A stretch of DNA of 64,000 nt from Amoeboaphelidium protococcarum X5. Lineage: Eukaryota; Fungi; Aphelidiomycota. Every line of letters starts with the position of its first letter. Positions within the stretch are counted from its first letter, which is position 1. This document shows positions 43,460 through 57,257 of the stretch, in pieces. The notes beneath the pieces are model-generated. The model did not search any database. It was not told the DNA's origin and worked only from the letters and a program-made list of their open reading frames with translations. Location: assembly GCA_023515725.1 (NCBI GenBank), contig JALDTO010000266.1, positions 1,881,608 to 1,945,607 on the forward strand. Reading direction: 5' to 3'. A program made the translations under genes and the position numbers.

Positions 43460-44340
43460 ATGAAGTTGAATGAAGATACAGTGTTGGTAATGTATATTTG
43501 TATTGCCATCTTCCTAATAAGAATATTAACATTGTAGATTTATGAAAATGTAATGTTTGTGCCGTACAATAAAGAACACGTCCCTGCTTATCACTTGTGG
43601 ATGCAGGACCTAATCTTGAGAGGTAATTTTATATTTACGCGTCTGCTGATTTACCTCATTTAATGAAAGGTGGTAGAGTAAACTGCAAGCGAACCTCTCT
43701 CGTTAGATGAAGAATATGAAATGCAATAAAAATGGCGACTAGATGATGATAGTAAGTCACAGAGTAATAGTATCCGAAGAATCATTCAATCGTGTAGAAC
43801 TCACATTTATCATCATGCATCGCGATAATACTCTGAAGGTGGAAAACGAGAGCGCGAGATTCAAGTATGGAAGTAAGCTATGTGTACTTTACATGACCAA
43901 CTTTATCATCTCTCAGTAATAATAGTAATAATCATTGCCAGGTAGCCATGATTGGAGATGTAAATATATTCTTGCACAAAGAGCAACGAGATGAAGGCAG
44001 CGATACAAATGACTCTAATCAAGAAGAACAGGTGGGCGAGATTGAGATTATGATCGCTGAGAGTGCGGCAAGGAAGCGCGGAATTGGCCGCCTGTGTGTC
44101 AAGATGATGCTTCTCTACGCGTGGAGGAATTTACAGGTGAAACGAGTGATGGCCAAAGTGGGCGAGAACAATGTCGGATCTTTGGCGCTGTTTCGCAATC
44201 TTGGCTTCACTCAGTGTTCATACAGTAAGGTATTCAAAGAGTACACATTCGAACTGAATCTCACTGAGGATGTTATTAAGACTTATCCGCAATACTAGAC
44301 TTTAACATATTCAGAACTTTCTGGTAATGATAATAAATGA
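43460..44340 (+). CDS. NAT9: N-acetyltransferase 9-like GNAT protein; four short introns
   Basis: MKLNEDTVL, VPYNKEHVPAYHLWMQD, TASEPLSLDEEYEMQ.KW..DDDKLTFII, MIGDVNIFL, GEIEIMIAE...RKRGIG. Confidence 0.93.
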
Positions 44341-44638
44341 TCATCAAAATTTCCCCGTGTCATGCTCTGAAACGTTTTCTCTTTATTGCACGCCCGAAAG
44401 AAAAGCTTATCTCATTGGACAAGCTACGCGACGATCTGCTTCCCCGAGATAAAAATCCTCGTTTTTCATCCGTTTCTGCAACCTTGCATTTCCTCCCCTT
44501 TATCTTATTTAGTATAGTCTTTGGCTTTAGTTTGCATTTGAGATTTAAGATTTATTATTTATTTATACATTACCCATTATTATTCCTAGAGATTGATATT
44601 TAAGCATACAATAAATCAAGTCTTCTAATTCTGATATT

Positions 44639-47600
44639 ATGCCGAACTAGCAGTATTCACTTACTCTGGCCTCTAATGCCACTCCTGGTAGCATGCGGAA
44701 ACGTGAGAATGGTGTCTTGAAGGCGATAAAGAAAGCAATGAGGTTTATTATGGACTGTCTGATTTACATTTGGGAATTCTTGACATTTACCAGGCGGACT
44801 CCTACGCTGAAGGAGTAGCGGACGATTTATATCAATTAGGAGCCAGATGCTGCTGAGATTGTTAAACCGCGCTCACTAATGTCTAAGATATTGCCGTCTT
44901 TTGTTCGGAAGGATAATATTTAGTCGCATCATCAGTTGCCGAGGTATCCATCGAATGCAGTATATACTACCAAGTACAATCTGATCACCTTCCTGCCCAA
45001 GAATTTATTCGAGTAGTTCAGGCGACTGGCTAATTTCTACTTTCTCGCCATGGTGATTGTTCAGTCGCTACCACAATTCTAGTAGACTAGTCCCTTCTTC
45101 TCTGCTCTACCTATCATGTTTATTGTGTTTGTCACTGCTGCTAAGGATGCCTTTGAAGATTGGCGGCGAAGAGTTAGTGATTCCGAGATGAATAATAATG
45201 CCTGCTACATTCTGGACAATGTCAAGAATCACAATATTCGACATGATAGATCGTCAAATTTAAAGATGAGGTTTAATGAGCACAAGGCGCGATGGATGCA
45301 AAAGTTGAGAAAATAGGATGGTAAAGATGGTGCTCCTAGTGTACATTCTCTTATACACGACGGTGAAGAGTCTGTTTAAGAAGGAGGTCCTTATTGGCGT
45401 TAATCAACGTGGAAGAATGTACGTGTCGGAGATTTCGTTAAATTGTCTAATAATTAGTCAATTCCGGCGGACATTCTTGTCTTATCCACCAGTGAGAGTG
45501 ATGGCGTGTGTTATATTGAGACCAAAAATTTGGATGGAGAGACTAACTTGAAGTTGCGTAGTGCTCTGTAAGAGACGTAGCATATTGATTCCGCTGCTGA
45601 TTGCAGTAGATTCGAGTGTAAAATTGTAGCCGAGCCTGCGCACGTTAATCTTTACTCTTTATAAGCGGCGCTCACTGTCAAGTTGTCTGATGAAGAGACT
45701 AAAGTATACCCGCTGACTATTAAAGAGACGCTTCTTCGTGGCTGCGCTCTTCGTAATACCAAATGGGTGATTGGAATAGTGATGTACACTGGATCAGAGT
45801 GTAAAGTTATCCTCAATGCAGGCAAAACTCCATCGAAGCGTAGCCGTGTTGAAAAGTTGATGAACTTGTAGGTGCTGTTAAATTTACTACTACTGGTCAT
45901 TCTGTGTGTGCTGATTGCTCTTATCCATGGCATAGTTTCCGCTGATGATATCAATGATGGCACGGCTCTGGATCGACCACCTCAAGATCTGGTCACGTCT
46001 AGTTTGGCGGTATTTGTTGTAAGTCTGATAATGTTGTAGAACTTTGTCCCAATCTCGTTGTACGTCACGTCTGAAATTGTAAAAGTTGCATAGGCTTACT
46101 TTATCTGGCAAGATTTAGATATGTACTATGAGGAGCTTGATCTGCCTTGTGTACCAAAGACTTGGACTATATCTGACGACTTGGGTCAAATTGAGTACAT
46201 CTTCAGTGATAAGACTGGTACATTGACTAGGAATGTGATGGAGTTTAGATAGTGCTCCATTAATGGTGTGGTATACGGCGGGTGTTAGGAGGATGAGGTT
46301 GAAGAGGAGACCGCTCAGCCACTCCCATCCAGTCGCTAACGCTTATCAAAGCAAGAGAGTATTGCCATGTCCGAGTAGAGCATGATCAGGGATTTGGAGA
46401 ACTTTTATAGTAATCCATACGCTGACGATAAAGTTACCTTTGTTGATCCTAATTTCGTGCGTGATTTACATTACGGATCTCCAGATGATTAGTAGTAGAA
46501 AGAGAATATTAAGGAGTTTTTCATGCATCTGGCCCTGTGTCATACCGTTCTTAGTGAGCAGAGCAAGGATGAAGATGATAAGCCACATATCCTCTATAAG
46601 GCTTAGTCTCCTGATGAGGCAGCTCTGGTTTCTACTGCCAGGAATGTTGGCTTCACTTTCCTAGAGAGATCTGGGGACGATCTAATTATCGATGCTCTAG
46701 GAAAGAAGATTAGAGTTACCGTGCTAGAGTATCTGGAGTTTAATAGTGCGCGAAAGAGAATGTCTGTCATTGTTCGGCACCAGGATGGAAGGATTGTTCT
46801 GTACTGCAAAGGCGCGGATAATGTTATAATGTAGAGGTGTAAATCCGGGCAGGATGCTATGAAATAGATTGTCGGTGATCACTTGGAGTAATTTGCTGCT
46901 GAAGGTCTGAGAACACTCTGTCTTGCAAAGAAGGATATTGATGAATAGTTTTTCAAAGATTGGTATGTTCGGTATTAGGAAGCGGCGTCTTCGCTTGATA
47001 ATAGAGATGATCAAATGGATGATGTTGCAGAGTAGATAGAGACTGATATGGAGCTCATAGGAGCTACAGCTATCGAGGATCAGTTGCAGGAAGGCGTACC
47101 TGAGTGTATTTAATTTCTAAAAAGAGGCGGAATCAAAGTGTGGGTGCTTACTGGTGATAAGATGGAGACTGCTATTAATATTGGTTATTCATGTTCTCTC
47201 TTAAGTTAAGGCATGTAGCTGATTATAATCAAGGCGGATAATGAACAATAGGCTGCGTATTAGTTGAAGATTGCTTTAGAAAAGTGCTTTCAACTTGATG
47301 TGAAGGGGCTGTTGCAGCATCATTTCTAATAAGGCCTCTTGGATGAAGATTATTATCACTCCCTGCAGCATCACAATCATTCTGTAGATATGAATGAGGT
47401 CCTACCTGAGATGGACTCTCGGAATGATGAGGACGATGATGATGCATTCGGTGTTAATGGTCCTTAAAAGTATGCAATTATCATTGACGGAGATGCCCTA
47501 AAGTTTATGAATGATATGCTGGTATCTCGTCTTTTTCTGGAGCTTAGTGCTCGAACTACGGCTGTAATATGCTGCAGAGTCTCTCCTAAATAGAAAGCCC

Positions 47601-49111
47601 AAGTTGTTGATCTGGTGAAGAAGAATCGTCGCGCTATGACTTTGGCAATTGGTGATGGTGCCAATGATGTGTCCATGATATAGAAGGCTAATGTCGGGGT
47701 GGGCATAAATGGAAAGGAAGGTATGTAGGCTGTGATGGCCAGCGATTATGCTGTTGGACAGTTTCGATATCTGAGTAAACTGCTTCTGGTGCATGGTCGA
47801 TGGTCATATTTCCGTATTGCTGAAATGGCTTTGCAAATGTTTTACAAGAATATGGTTTGGACTGTGGTGCTCTTCTGGTACCAGATTTATTGTGGATGGA
47901 CAGGTACGATTCTATATGATTTCTTCCTGATCTTGTTCTACAATCTATTCTATACTGGTCTGCCTCCTATCATCATTGGAGCGTTCGACAGAGACATCAA
48001 TGACAGGCTTTCTATGTTGGTGCCTGAGGTATATGTTCACGGTATAAAGTAAAAGTTGTACACTTACAAACAATTTATACTGTACATTATTGATGGAGTT
48101 TATCAGAGTTTAGTCTGTTTTTACATTGCCTTCCTGGCAGCAGGAAATGGAAGTATAGTTTATGATGGATACGTCGCTGATAAAGCCGTTTTGGGTACTT
48201 TAGCGTCTACTTGTGCTGTATTGGTTGCCAATCTGTACATGGGCTTTGATAATCTTGCTTGGACATGGCTGTCGTTCTTTTCTTATGGAATTGGTATTCT
48301 AATCTATTTCCTGATGGCTATAATTGTTTCGTTTATCAAAGGTTCATCACTGTATGGTCTGGGATTTTAGTTATTTGGTTCGCCCGTGTTTTATTTATCT
48401 GTCATACTGTCAGTGGTGGTTTGTATGCTGCCTCGGTATTTATACAAGTACAGCTAAGTTCTGATTAGTCCTAGTGATATAGATATTCTCAGAGAAATTA
48501 TAAAGTACAATCTGGTCGCCGAGCGTAACAAAATTCATGGCGATCGTGAGGATGATTTGATTAAAAAGTACGTGCCATCCAACATGGCTTCGAGGGAGGA
48601 TATGTCTCAGGCCCTGGTTAGTGGTCAAGTGATGGAGATGTAACCTATTCCACCGCGAAATCTTTCAATGGGTCATAGAACTTCCTCCTTGCAGCGATTG
48701 AATGAAGAGATTAGGAATAAAGTGGTCCGCCCGCTTAAGAAGAGCCTCCGCGATCTGCGTGCTAAATCGCTATTGGTTATTGGTGGTAATGCTTCGGAGC
48801 CTAATAGAGGATTTGCATTCTCCTAAGAACCGGGTATGGCTTTGAGAATATAGCGCGTATAGAGTCGATCCGATAATATGTCTGATCGTAACGCGTCAAG
48901 CTCCTTGCGAAAATAGTCTACTGGTGCGTCCATAGGCTAGCAGATATCTCCTCTTACTCCACTTGGTCCTATCAGTCCACCAAGTCCTGTTGTACCGTCG
49001 CGCCATGACAGTTTGAAAAGTTCTACTGGTCCTACTGGTCCTAATTTCTTATCACAAATGGATGACAAGGATACTGAATAGAGTGATTTTAGAGCTTCTA
49101 GTTTATAATGA
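44639..49111 (+). CDS. P4-type phospholipid-transporting ATPase (Dnf1/Dnf2-like)
   Basis: [88 protein letters not shown]. Confidence 0.96.
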
Positions 49112-49439
49112 ATGCATTTTAAGAAGAATGACGCTATGGCAAAGTAGAAGAAGAAATAGTTACACTATCTTTCGATCTCGAACAAAATAGACCTCAATTA
49201 GTTCATTTACCAATATCATTCTTTTCGATTACGGATATAGCATCATAATTTTCCTTGTTCGATTCTGTAGAAGAAAGCTTAGCTATTCGGGCTCTTGTGA
49301 TATATCTTGTGTATCTTTTTTGAAGGATAATCGATCGATTTGACATCTAAGCTATCTACCGGTTAACATTAATGAATCTCAAGGGAGAGTCACGCTCTTC
49401 TTCAACTTGAAAACGCGATGTAAACCAAGCATATTAAAA

Positions 49440-49991
49440 ATGCCTAGAGTTACCAACATCGATTCAGCCACGATGTTGATATCAACACAATGATAATGAT
49501 CTCAGATCCGAATAATCCACGTAATGACGAGATGTGGTCCAATGCTGAGTACGCAAAAAACAGTCTATGTGGAATACCTTGGACCCGCTAACGTTATCCA
49601 TGGTAGATTATGGGGATAACCTGAGTACTATTACATTAATTTAATTGTTCAAGCTGCAGATTACACAATGCCTGCGCGCAATGTAGTCTTAATTGTGGTC
49701 ACCGGATCTACCAAGACGCGCCAGTCTGCTGAGGTGATGAATGCTTTGTTGCCAGCTGATTAGCCTGTGCCTCAAGAGTTGGACGTGTGCTTTTAGAATC
49801 GCAGAGATTTTAAAATTACTGCAAAGTTATCGGATTGTGCAATTCCATCTTATAGAGGAGATAACAACATTCTGGGAACTGACTTTTTAACTAGATGCTG
49901 CGAAAGTTCCTAATTCGGACATGGTGCCGTAACTTTAACTTTGCGTGCAGAGTCGCGCATTACTGAGTCACAAGACTAATTGTCTGTCTGA
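49440..49991 (+). pseudogene. Degenerate retropepsin-like aspartic protease
   Basis: YLGPA, NVVLIVVTGSTKT (DTGS with D->V) and NILGTDFL; in-frame TGA at 49491. Confidence 0.45.
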
Positions 49992-50915
49992 ATACTCTTG
50001 GCGAGCTTATATCAGCCGCCCTTGCAGGAAGAAGAATCAACTGACCTTCTGGATGAAAATTAGTAAGCACAGTCTTCTTTCGAGGACCGGAACCTGGATA
50101 GCTCTGACTCAATCAGTGACACTATCAGATCACGACACATCACAATATATCACAGAATTTGCAAAATTATTCACCGCTCTCCTACAGTTCCAGCAGATTC
50201 TTCTGCATTTTACTTAATGCACTGCTTCCAGAGCTTCCTATTGAGAAGCCATGACATGAATTTAGTAACGTCATTAGTTCCGCGTTTGAGCGTTTTGTAG
50301 CCATATCTGGAGAATCGCTAACTAGAGCTTACGCGGGTCTTTTCTCCTTGTATCTCTAGCAGCAATTTTCCGGCTTGATTCAGGCTACTCCGACGCTTTT
50401 CACTCTGTATATTTCAGCTTGTTTGATTATGAATGAGACCTTTTTATCGGATTAATTGGAAGAACGCCCTGGCATGTAAGTCTATTTTCTCTTAAAGAAT
50501 GCTGGATATAATGGGCCGACATTTTAGAGAATGTTGGTTTGAGATTAGATCAACAGTGTCAAGTACAATAGCGAACTCATTAGTTTCTACTATGTCATGT
50601 AAATTGTTGGAATATAACAAAAGTCAGCCTCACTGATCATGTTTGTTAATGGACATCAGATTTTTAAATGAGAAAATATTGTGCTCAAGTTATGTTTTGT
50701 AAGAGTCAACGGCATAAAACCTCCAGCTTTGGTTGCTTGAGTGACGAGCGCTCAGTTTTGCAATCAAAGTCCGTCTGATGTCGTTTCGACGCGCTGAAAC
50801 AAATCGAAATCATTTCCAATCTGGGATTTACCTCCCGTTTCATAAGACGCGCTATTGACCAATCCCTCTTCCTCCTATCAACATTGCCTATCTATTAATT
50901 TTCTGTCTTTATTTG

Positions 50916-52653
50916 ATGATGAATTAAACTGACATATTGCTTTTCAGAACTGGTGCAGTAAATGCTTTCTTGACGAAACACGGCATCACACCAGATGATG
51001 ATGGGTTCGTTGATTACAAGAAGTTGATGCCTATTATACCTTTGAATGGCAAGCTGGTTTCAAATCAGTAGTTTGGTACATTCTTGGACAATTTTAGAAG
51101 ATCGGGTGTTAAGGAGTATGGAGGAAAATTAGGGTCAGACGTGTATTCATCATGTGGTGTGAAAGTGGAGGAGCTTCGTGGGACAACTCATACTTTACGA
51201 TCTGTACGTAAACTGCAGCTAATTCCACTGTGCAAGGCAGCCAATTGTTCGTTGTTTGAAGAACTTGGTTATTCTTTCGTATCCAATACTCTGATTGCGC
51301 AGTCGAACACTCAGTCTACTAGTTAGCCCGGCGAGGATTCAACTGAACCTTTTTTAGGCCATCATTCATCTGAAGTTGAAATACTCGATGACCATAAGCA
51401 AGTTATACAAGCAGATGTGAATGAGAAGTGTGCGGCAAGTGCGGAATAGTGTTTAATTCCTGAAGAAAGATCCTTGCAAGTGAAAATTTGCTAGCCTCCT
51501 ACTAATGCCGAAGTATCTGAAAATTTGGAGCTAAGAACTTACCCCGTCATGGATGCTATGTAGTAGCATGATACTCTTGGACTGATTCGCGTGCTGCGAA
51601 ATCTTTAGGTCTCAACTGACGCGTTTGATGAATTTTACTTAGGCAAAGTTCCCTGTTGATGCAACAAAAGTTGTCGGCATATATGAGGTGATAAGTTTTT
51701 GCAGAAGCCTTCAACTTTATTAGAGGTCACTGAAAAAGGTGTATCTCACTGGTTCAAGCTTTAATCTGGAAGCTTGTCTGGAATTGGCAAATGCATTTCA
51801 GAGAATTACTTTAATTGGAGGAGTTGTGGCTGTGTGATTGCTTTAAAACGCAGCCTTCATTATTGGCATAGTTGTCTGTACTTGTTGCCAGTGTTACCCA
51901 ATAATCTAATTTGAAATTTCTGTCTGTATCAAGGAATGCACTTGGAGCATCGGGTGCGGAATTGGTTTTTGGGTTCCTCGCAGAGCTGCGATCCCTGCAA
52001 AATCTGGACTGCGAAGATTGCGGAATTCCTGAGGAGGCAATTCCACGTTTATGCAATCTTTTATCTTTGGCGAGATGCAAACTGTAGGACTTGAACTTGT
52101 CACTTAACAAGATACGAGATGGCGATTTTAGCTTGTTGAATCCCCTGCCAAATTCCTTGAAAAGTTTATCTGTTGTCTCATTTAAAGGCTGCTCTCTCTC
52201 TGCGCGCCTTCGATGTAATCTCTATTGGTAGCGCTTAAGTAATGCAGTCTTAAATCAGTGGACCTTTCTGACAATTTTCTCGCCATGTCTGTTGACTCTC
52301 CGAATGGGTGCCATTTTGTCGACGCTGGAGAAGATTTGGTGGCCGCGTTGGCTTAGTGGGATCATCTAACGAGTCTGAACCTGGAAGACGTTTCTTTGAA
52401 TACTACACACGCCGTTCCGATGATAATTGAGTTGAGTAAGAAGTCAGAGTTGCAGACGATTGATTTGCACTATAATGATCTGGGGCCCGCATTTTCTGAT
52501 GCATTGAAGTAGTTGCTCGATTCCGGATCGTTTGCTTAGGTCAAGGAAATTGCTCCGGGAGGTAATGACATTGAATCAAGCTCAGGATTGACCCAATATC
52601 AATGTATCAATTTGCGCGATGATGATGATGAAGATTTGGAAGAAGTGAACTGA
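50916..52653 (+). pseudogene. RNI-like leucine-rich-repeat protein with three frameshifts (pseudogene or assembly errors)
   Basis: LEELWLCDC, LKFLSVSRNALG, LQDLNLSLNKI, LKSVDLSDNFL, LTSLNLEDVSL, LQTIDLHYNDLG; frame changes near 51652, 51810 and 52203. Confidence 0.65.
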
Positions 52654-53832
52654 AGTAATGCTATTGTGAATCTTAATTAACATTCAGCCATAACTCTTTG
52701 TACATTTTCGGGCTTCTATATACTGTACTGTTACCTTATTCTAAAGTGACAAGCAATCATCATTTCACCAAGAAACTTCAGGCACTCTTTGACAAAGTCA
52801 TAATCATCCTAAGCGATCTTGTAACTCTAGTAACTGTTTAGTGGCGCGAATCACATCAGCAACATCAATGCATGAAGATATCGCAATCTTTACAGGTGTG
52901 CCCATTCCGAATTTGACCCAAACAGTATCCGGCGACATATCTCTTCTCTTATATTCTTTTATTATTACGTCTTATTACGTTATTGTAACAAACTTTATAA
53001 AGTAATACACTTGCTGCTGAAGTGAAAGAGATGGAGAAAATCTACAAAATAAGTCAAGATATATGAAGATCTGAGAGGATCAACGCGTCAATCCAACTTT
53101 CAACTTAAATTAAGACGCGCGTATTTAACGAGCCACATATGAAATTTTCGTCTCTTTCTCTTTAAGACGTCTATACCTTTTACGATTATCATCATATGGA
53201 TGACTTCGATATCGATTAGATAATTACGTCTTTTGTGTCTGAAGATGATGATACTACTCTAATATTGTAGCCTACTATATTATATGTCATATGAAAAAAA
53301 TTTACAATAATAATAAGATGCAGTACATGGCGGTTCGTCGGTAGGAAATGGTGAGCGTTCTCTGATGCGGTTCCCTCCTCATCGACTATTCTCCACCTCT
53401 TCTGATGTGCCAGCTAGTTACGTCGCTTATGCCAGTTGATTTTGTACTTAATATCCTTGCACCTGCTATGATCATTTCTAAACTTCCAGATCTTCAGCAG
53501 GACACAGAACAATGAATCAACGAACACTGCACTCTTAGAAAATTGCGAACCTAGTTCAGAACGATGGCTAGAAGAATATGAAGGAGGTTGATTAACAGAT
53601 TTAACGTAGGAGCATTATTAAGCTGTGAAAGTTGCCACAGGTAAGCCTCGAAATGAAACTCGCCATTCCTAGTAGTTCAAGTAGCAGGAGTAAGTTAAGT
53701 AGCTAGAAGGATATAAAAACTATCTTTATGAAAAGTAGAAGATGAGCATGTTGGGCGCCTAAGAGCTGCACAGGCTCGGCAGAAGCACTGTGCTAGTTGG
53801 TCTTTCAAGCAGCGCATTTGTACTGCTTCTGA

Positions 53833-54455
53833 TGAAAGCTGTTGAATTGAAAGTACTGTGAATTTGAAAGCTGTTAAATTGAAAGTACTGTGAATTTGAA
53901 AGCTGTTAAATTGAAAGTACTGTTGAATTTGAAAGTACTGTTAAACTAAAAGTACTGTTAAACTAAAAGTACTGTTGAATTGAAAGTACTGTAAAACTGA
54001 AAGCTGTTAAATTGAAAGCTGTTGAATTGAAAGTACTGTTGAATTGAAAGCTGTAAAACTGAAAGCTGTTAAATTGAAAGTTGTTGAATTTGAAAGTACT
54101 GTCAAACTGAAAGTACTGTTAAATTGAAAGCTGTAAAACTGAAAGCTGTAAAACTGAAAGCTGTAAAACTGAAAGCTGTTGAATTGAAAGTGCTGTTAAA
54201 TTGAAAGCTGTTAAATTGAAAGCTGTGAATTTGAAAGCTGTAAAACTGAAAGCTGTAAAACTGAAAGCTGTAAAACTGAAAGCTGTTAAATTGAAAGCTG
54301 TTGAATTTGAAAGTACTGTCAAACTGAAAGTACTGCTAAATTGAAAGCTGTAAAACTGAAAGCTGTTAAATTGAAAGCTGTTAAATTGAAAGTACTGTGA
54401 ATTTGAAAGTACTGTAAAACTAAAAGTACTGTTCAATTGAATTGAAAGCTGTGAA
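53833..54455. repeat. Minisatellite of mixed 15-bp and 17/18-bp units (TGAAAGCTGTTAAAT / TGAAAGTACTGTTGAAT)
   Basis: Directly visible tandem array of about 38-40 units. Confidence 0.97.
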
Positions 54456-54824
54456 TTAATATTTGGGGCAAAAGGCGAAGTAGTAGTAGATATATCGGTT
54501 CCTGCTTAATCACCAATATTTTCTCTTACGGAACCTGCCTGTAATAGAGAGATAGCCTGTCAAATTATACACTTTATCTTCTATGACTCAATCAGTTTAT
54601 ACGTAAATTTTATTAGTAGCTTATTCGTCTCCATAGTGAGAAAAGTTACTATTAGAGGAAGTTTAAAAGATTATACTCAAGTTATTATGATTAGGCTGTA
54701 CGCGTTGACTTCTAAAGAGTAGCACAAAAGGCTTAAACTTTATAAGCACTTTTTACATCATTGGCTCACATCAATCTTTTAGTTTAGAGATAAAATTCAT
54801 AAATTTATACCGCAAGCATCATAA

Positions 54825-56855
54825 TCAACCGTGTCTAGCAATTTCACGTCCAAAAGCAGCCGCCATAAACCAATCAGATGCCAGACGCACTCTCTGTCTC
54901 AAGCTGACCACCTCACTTAGGTACACACCTCTCCACAAATACAAAGTCACCAATCTTCCTACCAGACCTCCGCGATCAGAGGAGCCAAAAGTGTATCCTC
55001 CGCCAAAATCAATCACTGCTCTCGACATTCCGAGATATGCCAGAGATCCCAAATGATGATACTAAAATGCCGGATAGAAGTTGCGATAATCAATTTTGGC
55101 GTCAAAGCGATGAGTGTCACCAAATTACTAAAATCTACCAACGTATTAATTGACTAATTGCTTCGACTTTCGCCAGGCGCCAACATCTTCACCACTTTGC
55201 AACTTCTGTTATTCCAATTGGTAGTTTAGAAACTTCGCAATATATTTTCCCTACTACTGAGCCACTTGAGCAGTAGCCGGATACGCTTTTAACTTGTTGT
55301 TGATGTCAGAGACCATTTACTCAAACTCTTTGTACTCCAAGCTACCGCTCTGGTTCTGATCATATTCAGAAAATACATGCGCCAATTTCTGCAGATATAC
55401 TAAAGTCTAAGGATACTTTAATATCATCACCTGAGCCACTTGCTTGAACTCACTGAATGTAAGCGACTAGTTCTACTCCTTACCGGCTTGTCTGAATAAA
55501 TCCAAAATCTAATCAACCAACTTGGGCACCTCTACTGTGGAGCAATCACCAACTGCAAAGATATTACCATGACAATAGTCATCCTCAAGTCCAATGGATT
55601 AAGAAAATTTATTTTGAAAGCCTTGATACACTCCCTTAACGCGAAGTCTATCATCAACTACAATCGCTCTAGAATGTGACTGACTGGATATCTTTTGCAC
55701 TATTCTCTCTGTCAATGGCTGCATTCCAACTCCGGTAGTCCACACGCATAAACCATGCGGTATTTTGATAGTCTCCACCTTCTTGGTATCTTTGTTCGAG
55801 AACTCGTACGTTAGCTGATCCTCTTCAACCTGGGTGACTTTAGATCTCAAAAGTACTTCAATACCATCACGTTCAAATTTCTCTCTAGCATACTCAGAAA
55901 TCTTCTCATCGTAAGTGTTCAGTATATGATCCACACTTTGAATAATACAAACTCTGACGTGCTACTTCAGGTGGGGAAAGAAACGAGAGAGGTCATCATT
56001 GAGATAATCATACAATTCGGCGGCGAATTCAACTCCAGTCGGACCTCCACCACAGATGACGAAGGTGAGCAACTTCTTCACCTGATCCTCACTAAGCAAT
56101 GGAACGGAAGCCTTCTCAAAATTCTAAATAATCTTGGCCTTGATCTTTCTAACATCCCCAGCAGTCTTCAGAAAGCTGCAATACTCACCAACACCCTTGA
56201 CGCCAAACGTGATGCTTTTACTCCCCACAGCGATGATACACTTGTCAAATGGAACGTAAAACTTTCCGCTTTCAGCAGTCTCACAGAGCACTCTGTTGCT
56301 ACCATTAGGGAATTTTACAGGGTCGTAGTATTCCAAGTCAACAGCAGCTCCTTCGATATAACTGTATTCAACCTCGTTAATGTCCCCGTTGTTAGAAGTC
56401 CATCCAGATTTCTTCATGATGTTACGTATAGGTTCAGTCAGAGAGTTAATTTACGTGGTACCAACACAACATGATGGAAGGAGAGGAGTAAACAAGAAAT
56501 AATTGGTGGGAGATATCACAGTGATGGTGTAATCTTTACTCAGATTCTTAATCAGCGCTACACTGGCCCATCCGCTTCCGAGCACAACCACGTGAGGCTT
56601 TTACTTGTTACCAGTCACATTTTGCGGTATGAAAGTTGGATACTGAGAGGATTATTGGTCGGGGATCAGCTGCTTAGATCTTGGAATTGACGGTGCAGAG
56701 TTCTGATGCAGTTGTGACTTGTAAGAGGTGTTAGTCAGTTCTCTACCAAGATTCAATGCACATACAGCAGAAGCAGATGAAGCCAGTAATTCAAAGCACT
56801 TTAGTCTTGAACTATTTCGCATAATAATAACTTGTAACGCACTCGATCTTAGCAT
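54825..56855 (-). CDS. Type II (alternative, external) NADH dehydrogenase with EF-hand insert
   Basis: [93 protein letters not shown]. Confidence 0.95.
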
Positions 56856-57175
56856 TTGGTTGAGATACAATTTTAAACAAAGTGCGATCTACTGTATTAT
56901 GATTTGACTCAGCGATAATGACAGATTTTGATGAATTTGAGATCAGATGAACTTATGGCAAGTAAGTAGGATAGATTTGTTCAAAAAGGCTGCGCTCTCG
57001 TTTAGAGGAAGCGAAAAAGCTTATTTGATCAAACATAGTGCTTTGTTTGTGTAAAGTTAAGTGTGAGATCCTCCTACATATCTCAACTTAGTGCTGGTGG
57101 CTTTCAACCATAAAGAATTGCAATTTCACATTTATTATATATGCTTAAAATTTGTTTACTTTCATCTAAGTACGA

Positions 57176-57257
57176 GTCAACATGCGATAGCGGTTATTCG
57201 GTTGCCCTGCTAAGGTAATGCCCTCCGGGCGCGCAGGTTCAAATCCTGCTGTTGACG
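57176..57257 (+). tRNA. tRNA-Ser(GCT)
   Basis: Acceptor GTCAACA/TGTTGAC plus G73; anticodon arm TTGCC-CTGCTAA-GGTAA; long variable arm GCCC-TCC-GGGC; T arm GCAGG-TTCAAAT-CCTGC; downstream TTTTT. Confidence 0.93.

Noticed and set aside
53190-53830. Gln-rich coding-like fragments before the minisatellite (also at 50050-50670)
   Set aside because: Interrupted by TGA codons and frame changes; no family could be assigned
53833-54455. CRISPR array or coding repeat (ORF 54119-54436)
   Set aside because: No unique spacers, no cas genes and eukaryotic context; mixed unit lengths break the frame
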